Shown here: positions 40,467-49,709 of the stretch, piece by piece
Layout of the letters: every line of letters starts with the position of its first letter
Position numbering within the stretch: position 1 is the stretch's first letter
Origin: a virus
DNA length: 64,000 nucleotides
Virus record (IMG/VR): IMGVR_UViG_3300025174_000005
Reading direction: 5' to 3' (one strand)
Translations under genes and position numbers: made by a program
The notes under the pieces: generated by a model
The model's database searches: none
Told to the model about the DNA's origin: nothing
Seen by the model: the letters and a program-made list of their open reading frames with translations, nothing else

Positions 40467-40542
40467 GAAGTTGTAATTTACTTAGGTAGCAGCCAGCTAA
40501 CATATATCTTGTTTCCTACTAAGAAATAATAGCGATATAAAC

Positions 40543-40577
40543 AAGAAGAACAGGGCTGGAGCAGCCCTGTTCTTCTT
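40543..40577 (-). terminator. Intrinsic terminator after the major capsid gene
   Basis: AAGAAGAACAGGGCTG-GAG-CAGCCCTGTTCTTCTT, 16-bp stem. Confidence 0.8.
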
Positions 40578-40606
40578 TTGCTTCTTAATTATACTTGTTA
40601 AACTAA

Positions 40607-41737
40607 TTATATCGTTTTGACGAGAAGAGCAGGATTGTAAGAAGGTTGTAGGGATATATTCTTAGCAACAGATATTGCACGACCTTCATTGAATATACCA
40701 GGAGCTCTCCGTTCACGAATACGCATAGACTGAACATCCTTGCGAGGATCTTTGAATTCTTCAATTTCCATATCGGATTTAACTACCCAACATCCAACTG
40801 CATTGCGATCAATTAAATACATATCGAATGTTTTATTGATTAGGTCGATAGGCGCAAAAGGTGTAGGGATGACTTCTAGAGGTAATGGTAAGTTTCTAGA
40901 GATAACTTCTGCACCATCATTAGCTCTTGCAAAAGCAGTAGGTAACTGGTTAGCACCTACTGATGGTAGTTTCAGATCTCTGATGGGCTTAGCAAGATTC
41001 TGTGTAACATGAACAATTTGCTGTCCAAGAGAGCCAAGTATTTCGTTTTTGGCAAATACAGACCATGCTAATGGATGAATAAGTAGTGTGGTGGGTATAA
41101 AACCATTTGCATGCATTGCATAGTACATATCAATAAAATCAAATGGGCTCAAGGTATTATTGGGTGAACCTGTTGGACCTACACCTGTAGTATGAGCATC
41201 CGTTCCAGGTAAGCTGTTGTCAAATACAACATGACCGAATTTATTAAATTCGTGGAATAACCACTCTTCTTTAAACCGAGCCATAGCTTGACCTGCAGCT
41301 TTCATATGAAGACCCACAACATCCCACTGAGCATCTTCAATTAACTCGTCAGAGAGTTCAATCATAAGACCAAACTTACGCACTCTCACATCGAGACTTT
41401 GACGATGACGTTGAATATCAAGATAGTCTTGCCTATATTCTCCAAGTTCATCTACAAAATGTGCCCGTAATACACCAATAGAGGGGAACTCTATAGATAC
41501 ACCTTTCTCTAATGTAATCTCAGGAAGCATAGACCCGAGTACGTAAAGGGGTTCCATTGCTTCACGGATAGCACCAATAACTATATTGGGAACTATTACT
41601 GCAGCATCAGTTGAAGTTAAAACTTCGTTTATTGTATATCTGCTTGATGGATTAAGAGTATTACGAGACCGCATTTCGAGGTGAGCTTTTACGATCTCAT
41701 ACTTTTCCTCTAGTTTTAGACTATCAATCCTAGACAT
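40607..41737 (-). CDS. Major capsid protein (HK97 fold)
   Basis: V.EKG.SIEFP..G..RA..V.E.GEY; VRKFGLMIELSDELIED; G.AMAR.KE; follows protease, scaffold and decoration genes. Confidence 0.9.
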   Translation of the reverse strand: MSRIDSLKLEEKYEIVKAHLEMRSRNTLNPSSRYTINEVLTSTDAAVIVPNIVIGAIREAMEPLYVLGSMLPEITLEKGVSIEFPSIGVLRAHFVDELGEYRQDYLDIQRHRQSLDVRVRKFGLMIELSDELIEDAQWDVVGLHMKAAGQAMARFKEEWLFHEFNKFGHVVFDNSLPGTDAHTTGVGPTGSPNNTLSPFDFIDMYYAMHANGFIPTTLLIHPLAWSVFAKNEILGSLGQQIVHVTQNLAKPIRDLKLPSVGANQLPTAFARANDGAEVISRNLPLPLEVIPTPFAPIDLINKTFDMYLIDRNAVGCWVVKSDMEIEEFKDPRKDVQSMRIRERRAPGIFNEGRAISVAKNISLQPSYNPALLVKTI

Positions 41738-41784
41738 CTATTATTCTTCCTCCTTCGAGATGACGCTCTCGTATTAACTTAGAA

Positions 41785-41813
41785 GAAGAGGCGAGCGATT
41801 AACTCGCCTCTTC
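41785..41813 (-). terminator. Hairpin between the decoration and MCP genes
   Basis: GAAGAGGCGAG-N7-CTCGCCTCTTC, 11-bp stem. Confidence 0.55.
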
Positions 41814-41819
41814 CTTATC

Positions 41820-43055
41820 TTACAGAGCATTTACTATTATTCTTATTGCACCAATAGATCCTTTAAAGTCTATATTTGTAGGTATACCTGCGACTACTTG
41901 TTTGAGAGAGGTATATTTTACGTGGTAGGTTTTAATGGAACTAGCACCAGCAATTAATATTTTACCTTTATATCTTTGAACTGTATAGCGATCATTTTCT
42001 CTTAACTGTACACCGTCTTCGTATACTTGTATTTCAGACATCTTTAATATTGGATTAAGAATGTCCAGGTGACGAGCAAGACGATCATGAGTAAGTTTAA
42101 CCGTACCAAGACCACCATCTACATATAGATTATCTGCTGATGCTAAACCATCTCCAGGATATACACCAACTGATGTAGTAAGATCGACTTCATATACTTC
42201 TTTCTGAGACATTACACCGTCGGTTAATCCAGGGATACCATTTGCAGCACGAAGCTGTTCTGGGAATCCATAGAGAGGATCGAAGGGGAACGGCAACGGA
42301 TAAGTATTATATGAAGGATCTGTGTGCCCTTGCAATCCTGTTAATCCAGGTGAAGGCGGTAGTGGTTGGTTTATGTCGTAGACATTGTAAGCCCAGTTTG
42401 ATGGATCGAATGCATTCTTTTCGTTGATGGTCTGTACGCTTTCCCACATAACCCATTGCAACCAACCTTCCAATGGTTTTTGTGTATCTAAACCCGTAAC
42501 TTGACCCATTCTTTGTTCTATTGCATCTACGCCAGATACCCATTTTACGAAGTGACCGACTGTATCTGACTTTACCCAATCACCTTGTACTAAGTTGGGA
42601 TCTGCACTAGACTCACGAGTTGCGCATGCCCATGCCATTTCTGATGCTAAAGCAACATCTGGTATGTAAGGTATTTCAATGTGAGCTCTCCTTAGTATTG
42701 AAGGGAAGTTCCCACGGAACCGTCCAGGAACCACTTGAAAGTAGTTGGTTTGAGCAATACCTAATGGTTTATTGGCTCCATTAGCTAATGTAACAACCGT
42801 TCTTGGATATCCTGTGTCAGGATCGGGAGCAACAGGACCAGGATCTCTTACTGCAACTATGCGACCCTTTGTAATTACGATACGCTCAGGTCTGAAGAAA
42901 GTACCTGCGAACGGAAATTCTAATATTACTGGTAATGTTGGATCTGTTACGAATCCACTTCCTAAAGAAACACCTTCACCAATAACTAATTTGTTCTGTG
43001 TGCGGGGATTTAGAAAAGTTTCCCCTACTGGAAAATTACCACCAATTAAACCCAT
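41820..43055 (-). CDS. Capsid decoration / cementing protein
   Basis: Directly upstream of MCP; KGRIVA...PLGIAQ and GD.VKSD..GHFVKW trimeric decoration-type motifs. Confidence 0.65.
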   Translation of the reverse strand: MGLIGGNFPVGETFLNPRTQNKLVIGEGVSLGSGFVTDPTLPVILEFPFAGTFFRPERIVITKGRIVAVRDPGPVAPDPDTGYPRTVVTLANGANKPLGIAQTNYFQVVPGRFRGNFPSILRRAHIEIPYIPDVALASEMAWACATRESSADPNLVQGDWVKSDTVGHFVKWVSGVDAIEQRMGQVTGLDTQKPLEGWLQWVMWESVQTINEKNAFDPSNWAYNVYDINQPLPPSPGLTGLQGHTDPSYNTYPLPFPFDPLYGFPEQLRAANGIPGLTDGVMSQKEVYEVDLTTSVGVYPGDGLASADNLYVDGGLGTVKLTHDRLARHLDILNPILKMSEIQVYEDGVQLRENDRYTVQRYKGKILIAGASSIKTYHVKYTSLKQVVAGIPTNIDFKGSIGAIRIIVNAL

Positions 43056-43103
43056 TTATTATTCCTCCTAAAATTTTGTTCTAGGCACATTCGTTGCTGC
43101 ATA

Positions 43104-44252
43104 CTAGCTACGTTTGGAGCGGTTTTCAAATTGTCCTAAGAACCACTTTACTTGTTCTAGATCTTCCTTACAACCCTGTTTGGCTCGATCTAGTACATCT
43201 CCACTAAGTTCTGGTAACTTAGCTTCTGAAGCAGCCATTGCATTAGCTGTCAATTCGTTATCCGTATCTGCGCTTAATGTTGGATCCTTAACCTCTGGTA
43301 GCACAACTTTCTTATTAAGTTCTGCCTTCTCATTCTTTAAGTCATTAAGTGCATCTACTAATGAAGAGGCTTCGCGAGTAAGGTGTTCTTCAAGAGATTG
43401 TTCTCTCTCCTCAGGTAATAGCTTGTTGAGTTCTAGCTTTAGTTCTACAACTTGCTCGGCTATACCGTGGTGAACAGATGCCTTAAGTTCATCACGTTCT
43501 GTTTTTAACTGCTCTATTTCCTCGATGAGAGCTTGATTTTCTTTCTGTAACTCACTAAAATCTAATTCTAATTGTTTATAAAATTGTTTGGTATCTTCTA
43601 TGGTTTTATCAATATCGCTGTTCTTAGTAACCACTACTTCTTCTTTTGTTTTTTCTGTAGAAGCTATCTCAGATACAATAGCTTGTTCTTTTTTCATACT
43701 TACAATATCATCTTGAAGTGCACATATTGATTTACTAATAGAAGTTAATGCATCACTATATGCTTTCATGTCTTCTTTTGTTATGTAATCGGCTACAACT
43801 GCACTTATCTCTTTCACCTCTAAATCACTCTTTTCTATAGTTTCTTTATAAGAAGATAGAAGTGCCTTGGCATGTTTCTTAAGATGAGACAATGCTGAAC
43901 CCTTCTTATCTCCTAAATCTGTCTTTGGTTGATTAGCGCGGACAAGCGCATTACGAAGGTGCGGTAAATCCACACTGCTATTATCATCTGGACTACTTAC
44001 TTTTGCTGTGTGATGGGGTAGTTTACGTAAGCTGCGAGGAACCATTTTACCTTCCTTATCTTTCTTACCACCAGGTAATATGGCTGCAAAAGCAGCATCA
44101 GGTAAATTGTTTATATATTTACGATCCCATACGGCCTCATTGAGATTGGGGAATTGACTAACTAAAGCTTGTTTAAGACTAACCAATGTTGCTGTAGTCT
44201 CATTACTTAACCGTTCTAATAATTCTATAAGTTGCTGTTCGGTAAATAACAT
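43104..44252 (-). CDS. Capsid scaffolding protein
   Basis: Long acidic coiled coil; internal NNLPDAAFA...RKLPHH...DLPHLRNAL.R domain. Confidence 0.7.
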   Translation of the reverse strand: MLFTEQQLIELLERLSNETTATLVSLKQALVSQFPNLNEAVWDRKYINNLPDAAFAAILPGGKKDKEGKMVPRSLRKLPHHTAKVSSPDDNSSVDLPHLRNALVRANQPKTDLGDKKGSALSHLKKHAKALLSSYKETIEKSDLEVKEISAVVADYITKEDMKAYSDALTSISKSICALQDDIVSMKKEQAIVSEIASTEKTKEEVVVTKNSDIDKTIEDTKQFYKQLELDFSELQKENQALIEEIEQLKTERDELKASVHHGIAEQVVELKLELNKLLPEEREQSLEEHLTREASSLVDALNDLKNEKAELNKKVVLPEVKDPTLSADTDNELTANAMAASEAKLPELSGDVLDRAKQGCKEDLEQVKWFLGQFENRSKRS

Positions 44253-44254
44253 AA

Positions 44255-45184
44255 TTATTCTGCCTCCTCGGATTCGTCTGAGGCATCAACATAATCATCT
44301 CTATCTAACAACTCCAAGTTTACTGCACTCCACAAATAAGACGCACCTTCTTGATCGCCAAGGTATGTTACATACCTATCTAATGCTTCCATAGGATGAT
44401 CCTCCTTATAATAGGCTTCACTTAAGCGTAATGACAATAACCTATCTTCCTTGTAATATTCTTTCATTACAGCATCTAGATTAGGATGACGCACTTTAGC
44501 TGTGTCATCACTGGGTATATTAACAAATGAAACTTCTGCTATATAAAAGTCGCCTATGCGTCTATACATCATCTTACCACGAGGATCGTCAGGACCTACG
44601 GCTTCGCCTTTTGCATTGTAGAAATAACCACGCATATGATCACAAGCTTCATCGCTAGCTATATTGGCTTCACATATAGAACACCTAGCTTCGTTCGTAT
44701 CTGCACCAATAGATACTGTCAGGTATCGGCCATCTAATATTTTCTGTATTGCTCCTGGGTCTGTAATTCTGGGTACTATCATCATGGGAGCGTTCTTACC
44801 CTTTTTATCTCCATCTCCCATATATGCCTGTTCAATTCTACCAAGAGGTTCACTATCTATATCATGATTACGAAGAATAGGTTTGGGTACGGGATGTGTA
44901 GCTGAGTATAAGCCACTCTTCTTTTTCTTATCTCCCATAACCTTTTCTAATGGGTAGTATGTATAATTACGCGTAATCTTATCACTATGAATGGCTTCTA
45001 TTTCGGGGCGCAGCCCCTCACTACCTTTCATACTAGAAGTTGCTGGCATCATACCACCAAGCGAACCTTCATCTGAAGCTTCTAGTAACATAGACGATGA
45101 CTGGGTTGCCTCATATATCTTAATATAGCGTTCAGGTAATGCCACCTGAAATCTTTCATATATACGAAATAGCTTATGTTTCAT
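44255..45184 (-). CDS. Prohead maturation protease
   Basis: PILRNHD....PLGR; ILDGRYLTVSIGA...CSIC...C.H; EVSFVNIPSD. Confidence 0.8.
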   Translation of the reverse strand: MKHKLFRIYERFQVALPERYIKIYEATQSSSMLLEASDEGSLGGMMPATSSMKGSEGLRPEIEAIHSDKITRNYTYYPLEKVMGDKKKKSGLYSATHPVPKPILRNHDIDSEPLGRIEQAYMGDGDKKGKNAPMMIVPRITDPGAIQKILDGRYLTVSIGADTNEARCSICEANIASDEACDHMRGYFYNAKGEAVGPDDPRGKMMYRRIGDFYIAEVSFVNIPSDDTAKVRHPNLDAVMKEYYKEDRLLSLRLSEAYYKEDHPMEALDRYVTYLGDQEGASYLWSAVNLELLDRDDYVDASDESEEAE

Positions 45185-45196
45185 ATATGACCTCTC

Positions 45197-47335
45197 TTAG
45201 TTAATTTCTACTGCGCATTTACACGCACGATGAAACGGTGGTAAATTATTAAATAATTCACCATAGCTTACTAAAGTCAAGTCCTTATTAGCTAGGGTAC
45301 TACATACACTACACTCATTGTTTTGTAGTGTATTGATTCTCAAACCCAACTCTCGCGATCTAAGCACTATACCATAGTAGTAACTGCGTTTAACTATATC
45401 TATTAAGTACTTAGATTTAGCTTCTATACGTATATGTTTATCTATATACTTATCTAGGCTTTCAGAAGAAAGCCCTCTGTGTTTTGGAATAGCACTATCA
45501 ATCTCATCGAAGAATGCAGCAAGAACATCACGTATGTAGGAATTCATCCTCATACTCTCTTTAGTAGACATATCTCTATGAGATCCTAGATGGAATGATT
45601 CATTGGCAAAATATTTAATATGAGCTTGTAATTTCTCCTTACTTATGTGTGCTGATAGATGAGCTGTGATGGGTGCTCCCACCGTAATTGCATTGCGTAT
45701 ATTATGAGACATCTCTTGTGATATCTTTTCTATTCCACCTATGATTCTATCAAATCCATCTACCGTATCACTTTCTTTTAATTCTTTCTTTATCTTAGGA
45801 CCAAGACGAACACCGTGTTGATTTTGAGGTTGATTTTTATTATTAGTAGCTGGCGTACCAGCTTTGGCCTTACCTATTTGTTGATCACCTAAGACTACTA
45901 ATGAAGCTTCTATGTCTTCTCCGCCATATCCAGACCTAGCTAGTCCCTCTGCAACCAACTGAGGTATCTTAACTTTATATGTTCGCATCTTATGTCTTTC
46001 ATCTTCTTTGATTGGATCCATACCTATAGCTTGGCGCATTTCATCTTCGTCTATCGCATCGTGTTCGTATTTATATATTGTGTGATTTTGGAGTTTAACA
46101 AGTAGGTCTGTCTCTATTTCTTCAAATGATAATGCTACCATATTATTTACTGGATCTACATAGAAAGAATAACCGCCTTCTTCGAGAAGCTCTCTAAATA
46201 CGAAGTGGGTTATATATGTCTCTATAAGCTTCTGATATGACTTTACCTGATCATGCATTTCTGTGGTAAGGGTATCTGATGTACTACGATTAACTGTTTC
46301 TCCTAGGCCCATTTGAACGCCTGAAACACCCAATCCTGTGAAGACCCGTTCCCTAAAGTATTTTAGGTAGGGTTCAACATCTAGTGCCTCACCTTGTACT
46401 CCAACTACCTTAATATCTGTGCGCTCATTAGTTACCCATGTTGCATCCGATGGAGCTTGATCTAATCGATTCTTCATATCAAGTACTTCTTCTTCAGATG
46501 CAAATAGTGTTGGATCATTGGGTAGTCCCACTTTGATTTGCGTAAATGGATAAGTATAACGATATATCAATCTAGCAACGTTCTCTTCTATTTCACGAAG
46601 TAATTTTATATCTTCCATAACAGGTATGAGATGACTATTACCCCATGTAAATCCATCTTCTGGATCTGCTTTAATGTGTATAACATCCTTAGGATGGAAG
46701 TGAGCTACATTTTCTTTAGTTGACCCTAATACTCTACCAAATTGATATCCATGTCTACTTTGAAGATATGATATAATCTTCCCACGGTCATCTTTAATAG
46801 GAGCTACTGTTGCAGGATGAGCTATGAAATATCCTGCTATTGGAAACTTCTCATCGTTTGTTGGTGAAATAGGAATGCGCTTAGGCATGCTTGAGTATTC
46901 TGCTCGTTGTTTAACTATAAATACATTACCATACAATACCACGTCTTTAGCTATACGATGTAGGAATATATCTGTTGGTTCTTTGGTGGCATCAGCTAAC
47001 ATCATCAATCTTATACGTAAGTAGTCAACTATCTTGGTATCCTTACCCTTCAAACTCCAACCAGCCTTAAACATAAGATTAACAAATTTGGAAACCGACT
47101 GGCGGACATAGCTGTCATTATAGTATGACATCATTATCTGACGCATATCTAAGAATGGGCGATCAACTACCGTACGTGTTCCCTTACCCGTACCATGACC
47201 TCTAGCTGTTAAAAAGAAGGCTTGCTGTAATCCGCCTAAAAAAGCAGTTGGATTAGCATAAGCTTGTTCTAATTGTGATGGTGTACTGGAATTGGTTGAA
47301 AGAATGTCCTTTATGTTTTTAATTTTCGGAACCAT
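45197..47335 (-). CDS. Portal protein with C-terminal MuF-like motif
   Basis: Portal-type YGNVF.VK...P.DVIH....WG.S.L.PV..D...GLGVS...MG; ends with CSVC...PPFHRACKC. Confidence 0.85.
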   Translation of the reverse strand: MVPKIKNIKDILSTNSSTPSQLEQAYANPTAFLGGLQQAFFLTARGHGTGKGTRTVVDRPFLDMRQIMMSYYNDSYVRQSVSKFVNLMFKAGWSLKGKDTKIVDYLRIRLMMLADATKEPTDIFLHRIAKDVVLYGNVFIVKQRAEYSSMPKRIPISPTNDEKFPIAGYFIAHPATVAPIKDDRGKIISYLQSRHGYQFGRVLGSTKENVAHFHPKDVIHIKADPEDGFTWGNSHLIPVMEDIKLLREIEENVARLIYRYTYPFTQIKVGLPNDPTLFASEEEVLDMKNRLDQAPSDATWVTNERTDIKVVGVQGEALDVEPYLKYFRERVFTGLGVSGVQMGLGETVNRSTSDTLTTEMHDQVKSYQKLIETYITHFVFRELLEEGGYSFYVDPVNNMVALSFEEIETDLLVKLQNHTIYKYEHDAIDEDEMRQAIGMDPIKEDERHKMRTYKVKIPQLVAEGLARSGYGGEDIEASLVVLGDQQIGKAKAGTPATNNKNQPQNQHGVRLGPKIKKELKESDTVDGFDRIIGGIEKISQEMSHNIRNAITVGAPITAHLSAHISKEKLQAHIKYFANESFHLGSHRDMSTKESMRMNSYIRDVLAAFFDEIDSAIPKHRGLSSESLDKYIDKHIRIEAKSKYLIDIVKRSYYYGIVLRSRELGLRINTLQNNECSVCSTLANKDLTLVSYGELFNNLPPFHRACKCAVEIN

Positions 47336-47341
47336 GTAAGA

Positions 47342-48388
47342 TTATACCTCTTCTTCCCCATCATCTAATAATGGGTATGAACCTATCCGTTTTAATAGCA
47401 ATTTAGGAGAAGATCCTATGGTTGAAGGTGATAATTTTATTAATACTAGACTATCACTTTTAAGATCTCCAGCCAGAATAATATCTGACATAGGGTTAAT
47501 TATGTATCTAGTAAATACTCGATACAATTCTCTTGCATTATATTCTGGATTAAATCCTATTTTAATTAGATGTTCTATAACTTCATCACTAGGTTCTAGT
47601 TTAATCTCTAGTCGTTGAAGTTTTTTATTTAGTTCTTTAAAATACTTGCCTAATATAAGTTTGATCTCCACTTCAGTTAATGGTTTAAAATAAAGCATAG
47701 CTGTTAGTCTATTAATTAGTTCTGGTCTAAGTAATGCCTTTATTTCTTTATTAACTGATTTCTCTATATCAACTATGCGATTATTGTTTCTAAATCCAAG
47801 TGTTTGATTGTTGCTATAGTTTTTAGAGCCAATATTGGATGTCATAATTATTATTGATTTAGAGAAGTCTGCTTGGGTGCCCGAACCATCTGTAAGAACA
47901 GCTTCATCTAGTATCTGAAGAAATAAATCAAAGAAAGTAGGGTGTGCTTTTTCTACTTCATCAAAGAGAATTATAGTACCCTTATCCTTACGTTGTTGCA
48001 TCATACGTATTAATACTGAACCATTTTCGTGTCCAATATAGCCAGGAGGAGCACCTATTAATCTAGTAGCCATAAATTCTTGAGCATATTCAGAACAGTC
48101 TATTTTAATAAGTCCTTCTTTTCCAAATGCATGTTCCGCTAATACCTTTGCAGTTTGTGACTTGCCTGAACCTGTAGGACCAACAAATAAAAAAGCACCT
48201 ATGGGTTTGTTGGGTTCGTTTAATCCAACTAAATATCTTTTAAAGGTCTGTAGAACAACATCTATTGCATTGTTTTGTCCAAATATGTGATTATTGACTT
48301 GGCTTCTTAGGTCGCCATAGAATTTATTTGCATCATAAATTGTATTTAGGAATGGTAGAGAGTTAGGTGATGGCGCTGACATTGTCAT
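47342..48388 (-). CDS. Clp/Hsp100 D2-type AAA+ ATPase (single ring)
   Basis: IFGQ..AI, FLFVGPTGSGKS (Walker A), IDCSEY, LIGAPPGYIG, ILFDEVEKAH (Walker B), DG.G..ADF, MTSNIG, RPELINR, ARELYR. Start moved to the ATG at 48388, which has an AAGGAG RBS. Confidence 0.9.
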   Translation of the reverse strand: MTMSAPSPNSLPFLNTIYDANKFYGDLRSQVNNHIFGQNNAIDVVLQTFKRYLVGLNEPNKPIGAFLFVGPTGSGKSQTAKVLAEHAFGKEGLIKIDCSEYAQEFMATRLIGAPPGYIGHENGSVLIRMMQQRKDKGTIILFDEVEKAHPTFFDLFLQILDEAVLTDGSGTQADFSKSIIIMTSNIGSKNYSNNQTLGFRNNNRIVDIEKSVNKEIKALLRPELINRLTAMLYFKPLTEVEIKLILGKYFKELNKKLQRLEIKLEPSDEVIEHLIKIGFNPEYNARELYRVFTRYIINPMSDIILAGDLKSDSLVLIKLSPSTIGSSPKLLLKRIGSYPLLDDGEEEV

Positions 48389-48419
48389 AGTAACTCCTTT
48401 TAAAGTAGTTTCTAGATAG

Positions 48420-49709
48420 TTAATCCATAAGCCGTGGAAAAGGACTAGACTGAAATACTCTTTTTTGTTCACCAAATAACTTATTGCCAAATGAAGATAA
48501 TATGTCTTTAACTGTATTAGACATGTTGAAATCTTTATTTTTTAAACCCTTAAGTTTAGTATTAATAGAATCTAAAGCTCCATGCATTAATCTTTTACTA
48601 TCCTTATCATGCAGGAAATCATAGCGATTGTCAAATAATTGATTTTTAAGAGCAAATAACCTAGCCATATTTATCATTTTCTCTGTTTGGTATTGATGTA
48701 CTACTCTGGCTGATGAAGTAATTTGAGAAGCCATCATATTAAAATCTTGGTTAGGTGGAGCTAAATTCAATAAGTCTGTTAAGAAAGATGCGCCAGGTTT
48801 CTTTATCTTATCACCCAAAAAAGATATCCCGAGAGCCATCTTAGGATCTATCTCTAGATTACCTACTGTACCAACTACTCTTTGAATATTGCTGTCCCCT
48901 ATTGGTTCACTTGAGCGCTTAATATCATTAGCTAATGTGATTATACCCATAAGTTGACTAATACCTTGTATAAAACTTGAGATTGACTTAGGACTATCTT
49001 TAATTGATTGTAATATAGGAGTAGTCATATTAGCAATCTGTTGTCTTACTACCGCCTTCTTACGAAGGGCTATGTAATTAGATATTGCTATAGCTAGCTT
49101 ATCCATACCATCGCGCATTACGTTTACATAGTCGGCTATGCCTGGAGGTAATTGAGTACTATGGTATCTATCTAAATCATTTGTATTGCTTAATAGATCG
49201 CTTTGTAAAAGAGTAATGATTCCACTTACTGCATTTGCATATACATATAGTTCTATATTTCGTATGCCAAATAGATCTGCATATATCTCAGCATCTATAT
49301 TGCCTGTAATGTCAGAAGCCCCTTTTTGGAAAGTATTTACTATGGTTTGAGATAGTGGTTGTGTTCTAGTAAGATAATAATTCTTTAGGTCTTGTATGGT
49401 TAGAGAACTAATTCCTTGTAGGTAAGTTAGATCTTCGTCTGTAAGATCTAACTCAGATATATTAATTGAGAAGTGAGCAAGAGATAATTCTATATCATTC
49501 AATTGTTCATCTAAGATTCCAGCCGTGTCCTTAACAGCATCCTTTAGGTAAATAATCTCTTGAACAGTTGGAATAAATACAAGAGGTAATTCTGCTGCTT
49601 GCTCACGCTCACCTAAAGTTTCACCGTCACGTATAGCTGGTGGTGGATGATATGTAATATCAGGAGCAAAACCTAATAATTCCTCATCATTACTCTTAAA
49701 GTCATTCAT
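48420..49709 (-). CDS. Hypothetical helical protein in the packaging module
   Basis: 429-aa ORF translationally coupled to TerL. Confidence 0.6.
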   Translation of the reverse strand: MNDFKSNDEELLGFAPDITYHPPPAIRDGETLGEREQAAELPLVFIPTVQEIIYLKDAVKDTAGILDEQLNDIELSLAHFSINISELDLTDEDLTYLQGISSLTIQDLKNYYLTRTQPLSQTIVNTFQKGASDITGNIDAEIYADLFGIRNIELYVYANAVSGIITLLQSDLLSNTNDLDRYHSTQLPPGIADYVNVMRDGMDKLAIAISNYIALRKKAVVRQQIANMTTPILQSIKDSPKSISSFIQGISQLMGIITLANDIKRSSEPIGDSNIQRVVGTVGNLEIDPKMALGISFLGDKIKKPGASFLTDLLNLAPPNQDFNMMASQITSSARVVHQYQTEKMINMARLFALKNQLFDNRYDFLHDKDSKRLMHGALDSINTKLKGLKNKDFNMSNTVKDILSSFGNKLFGEQKRVFQSSPFPRLMD

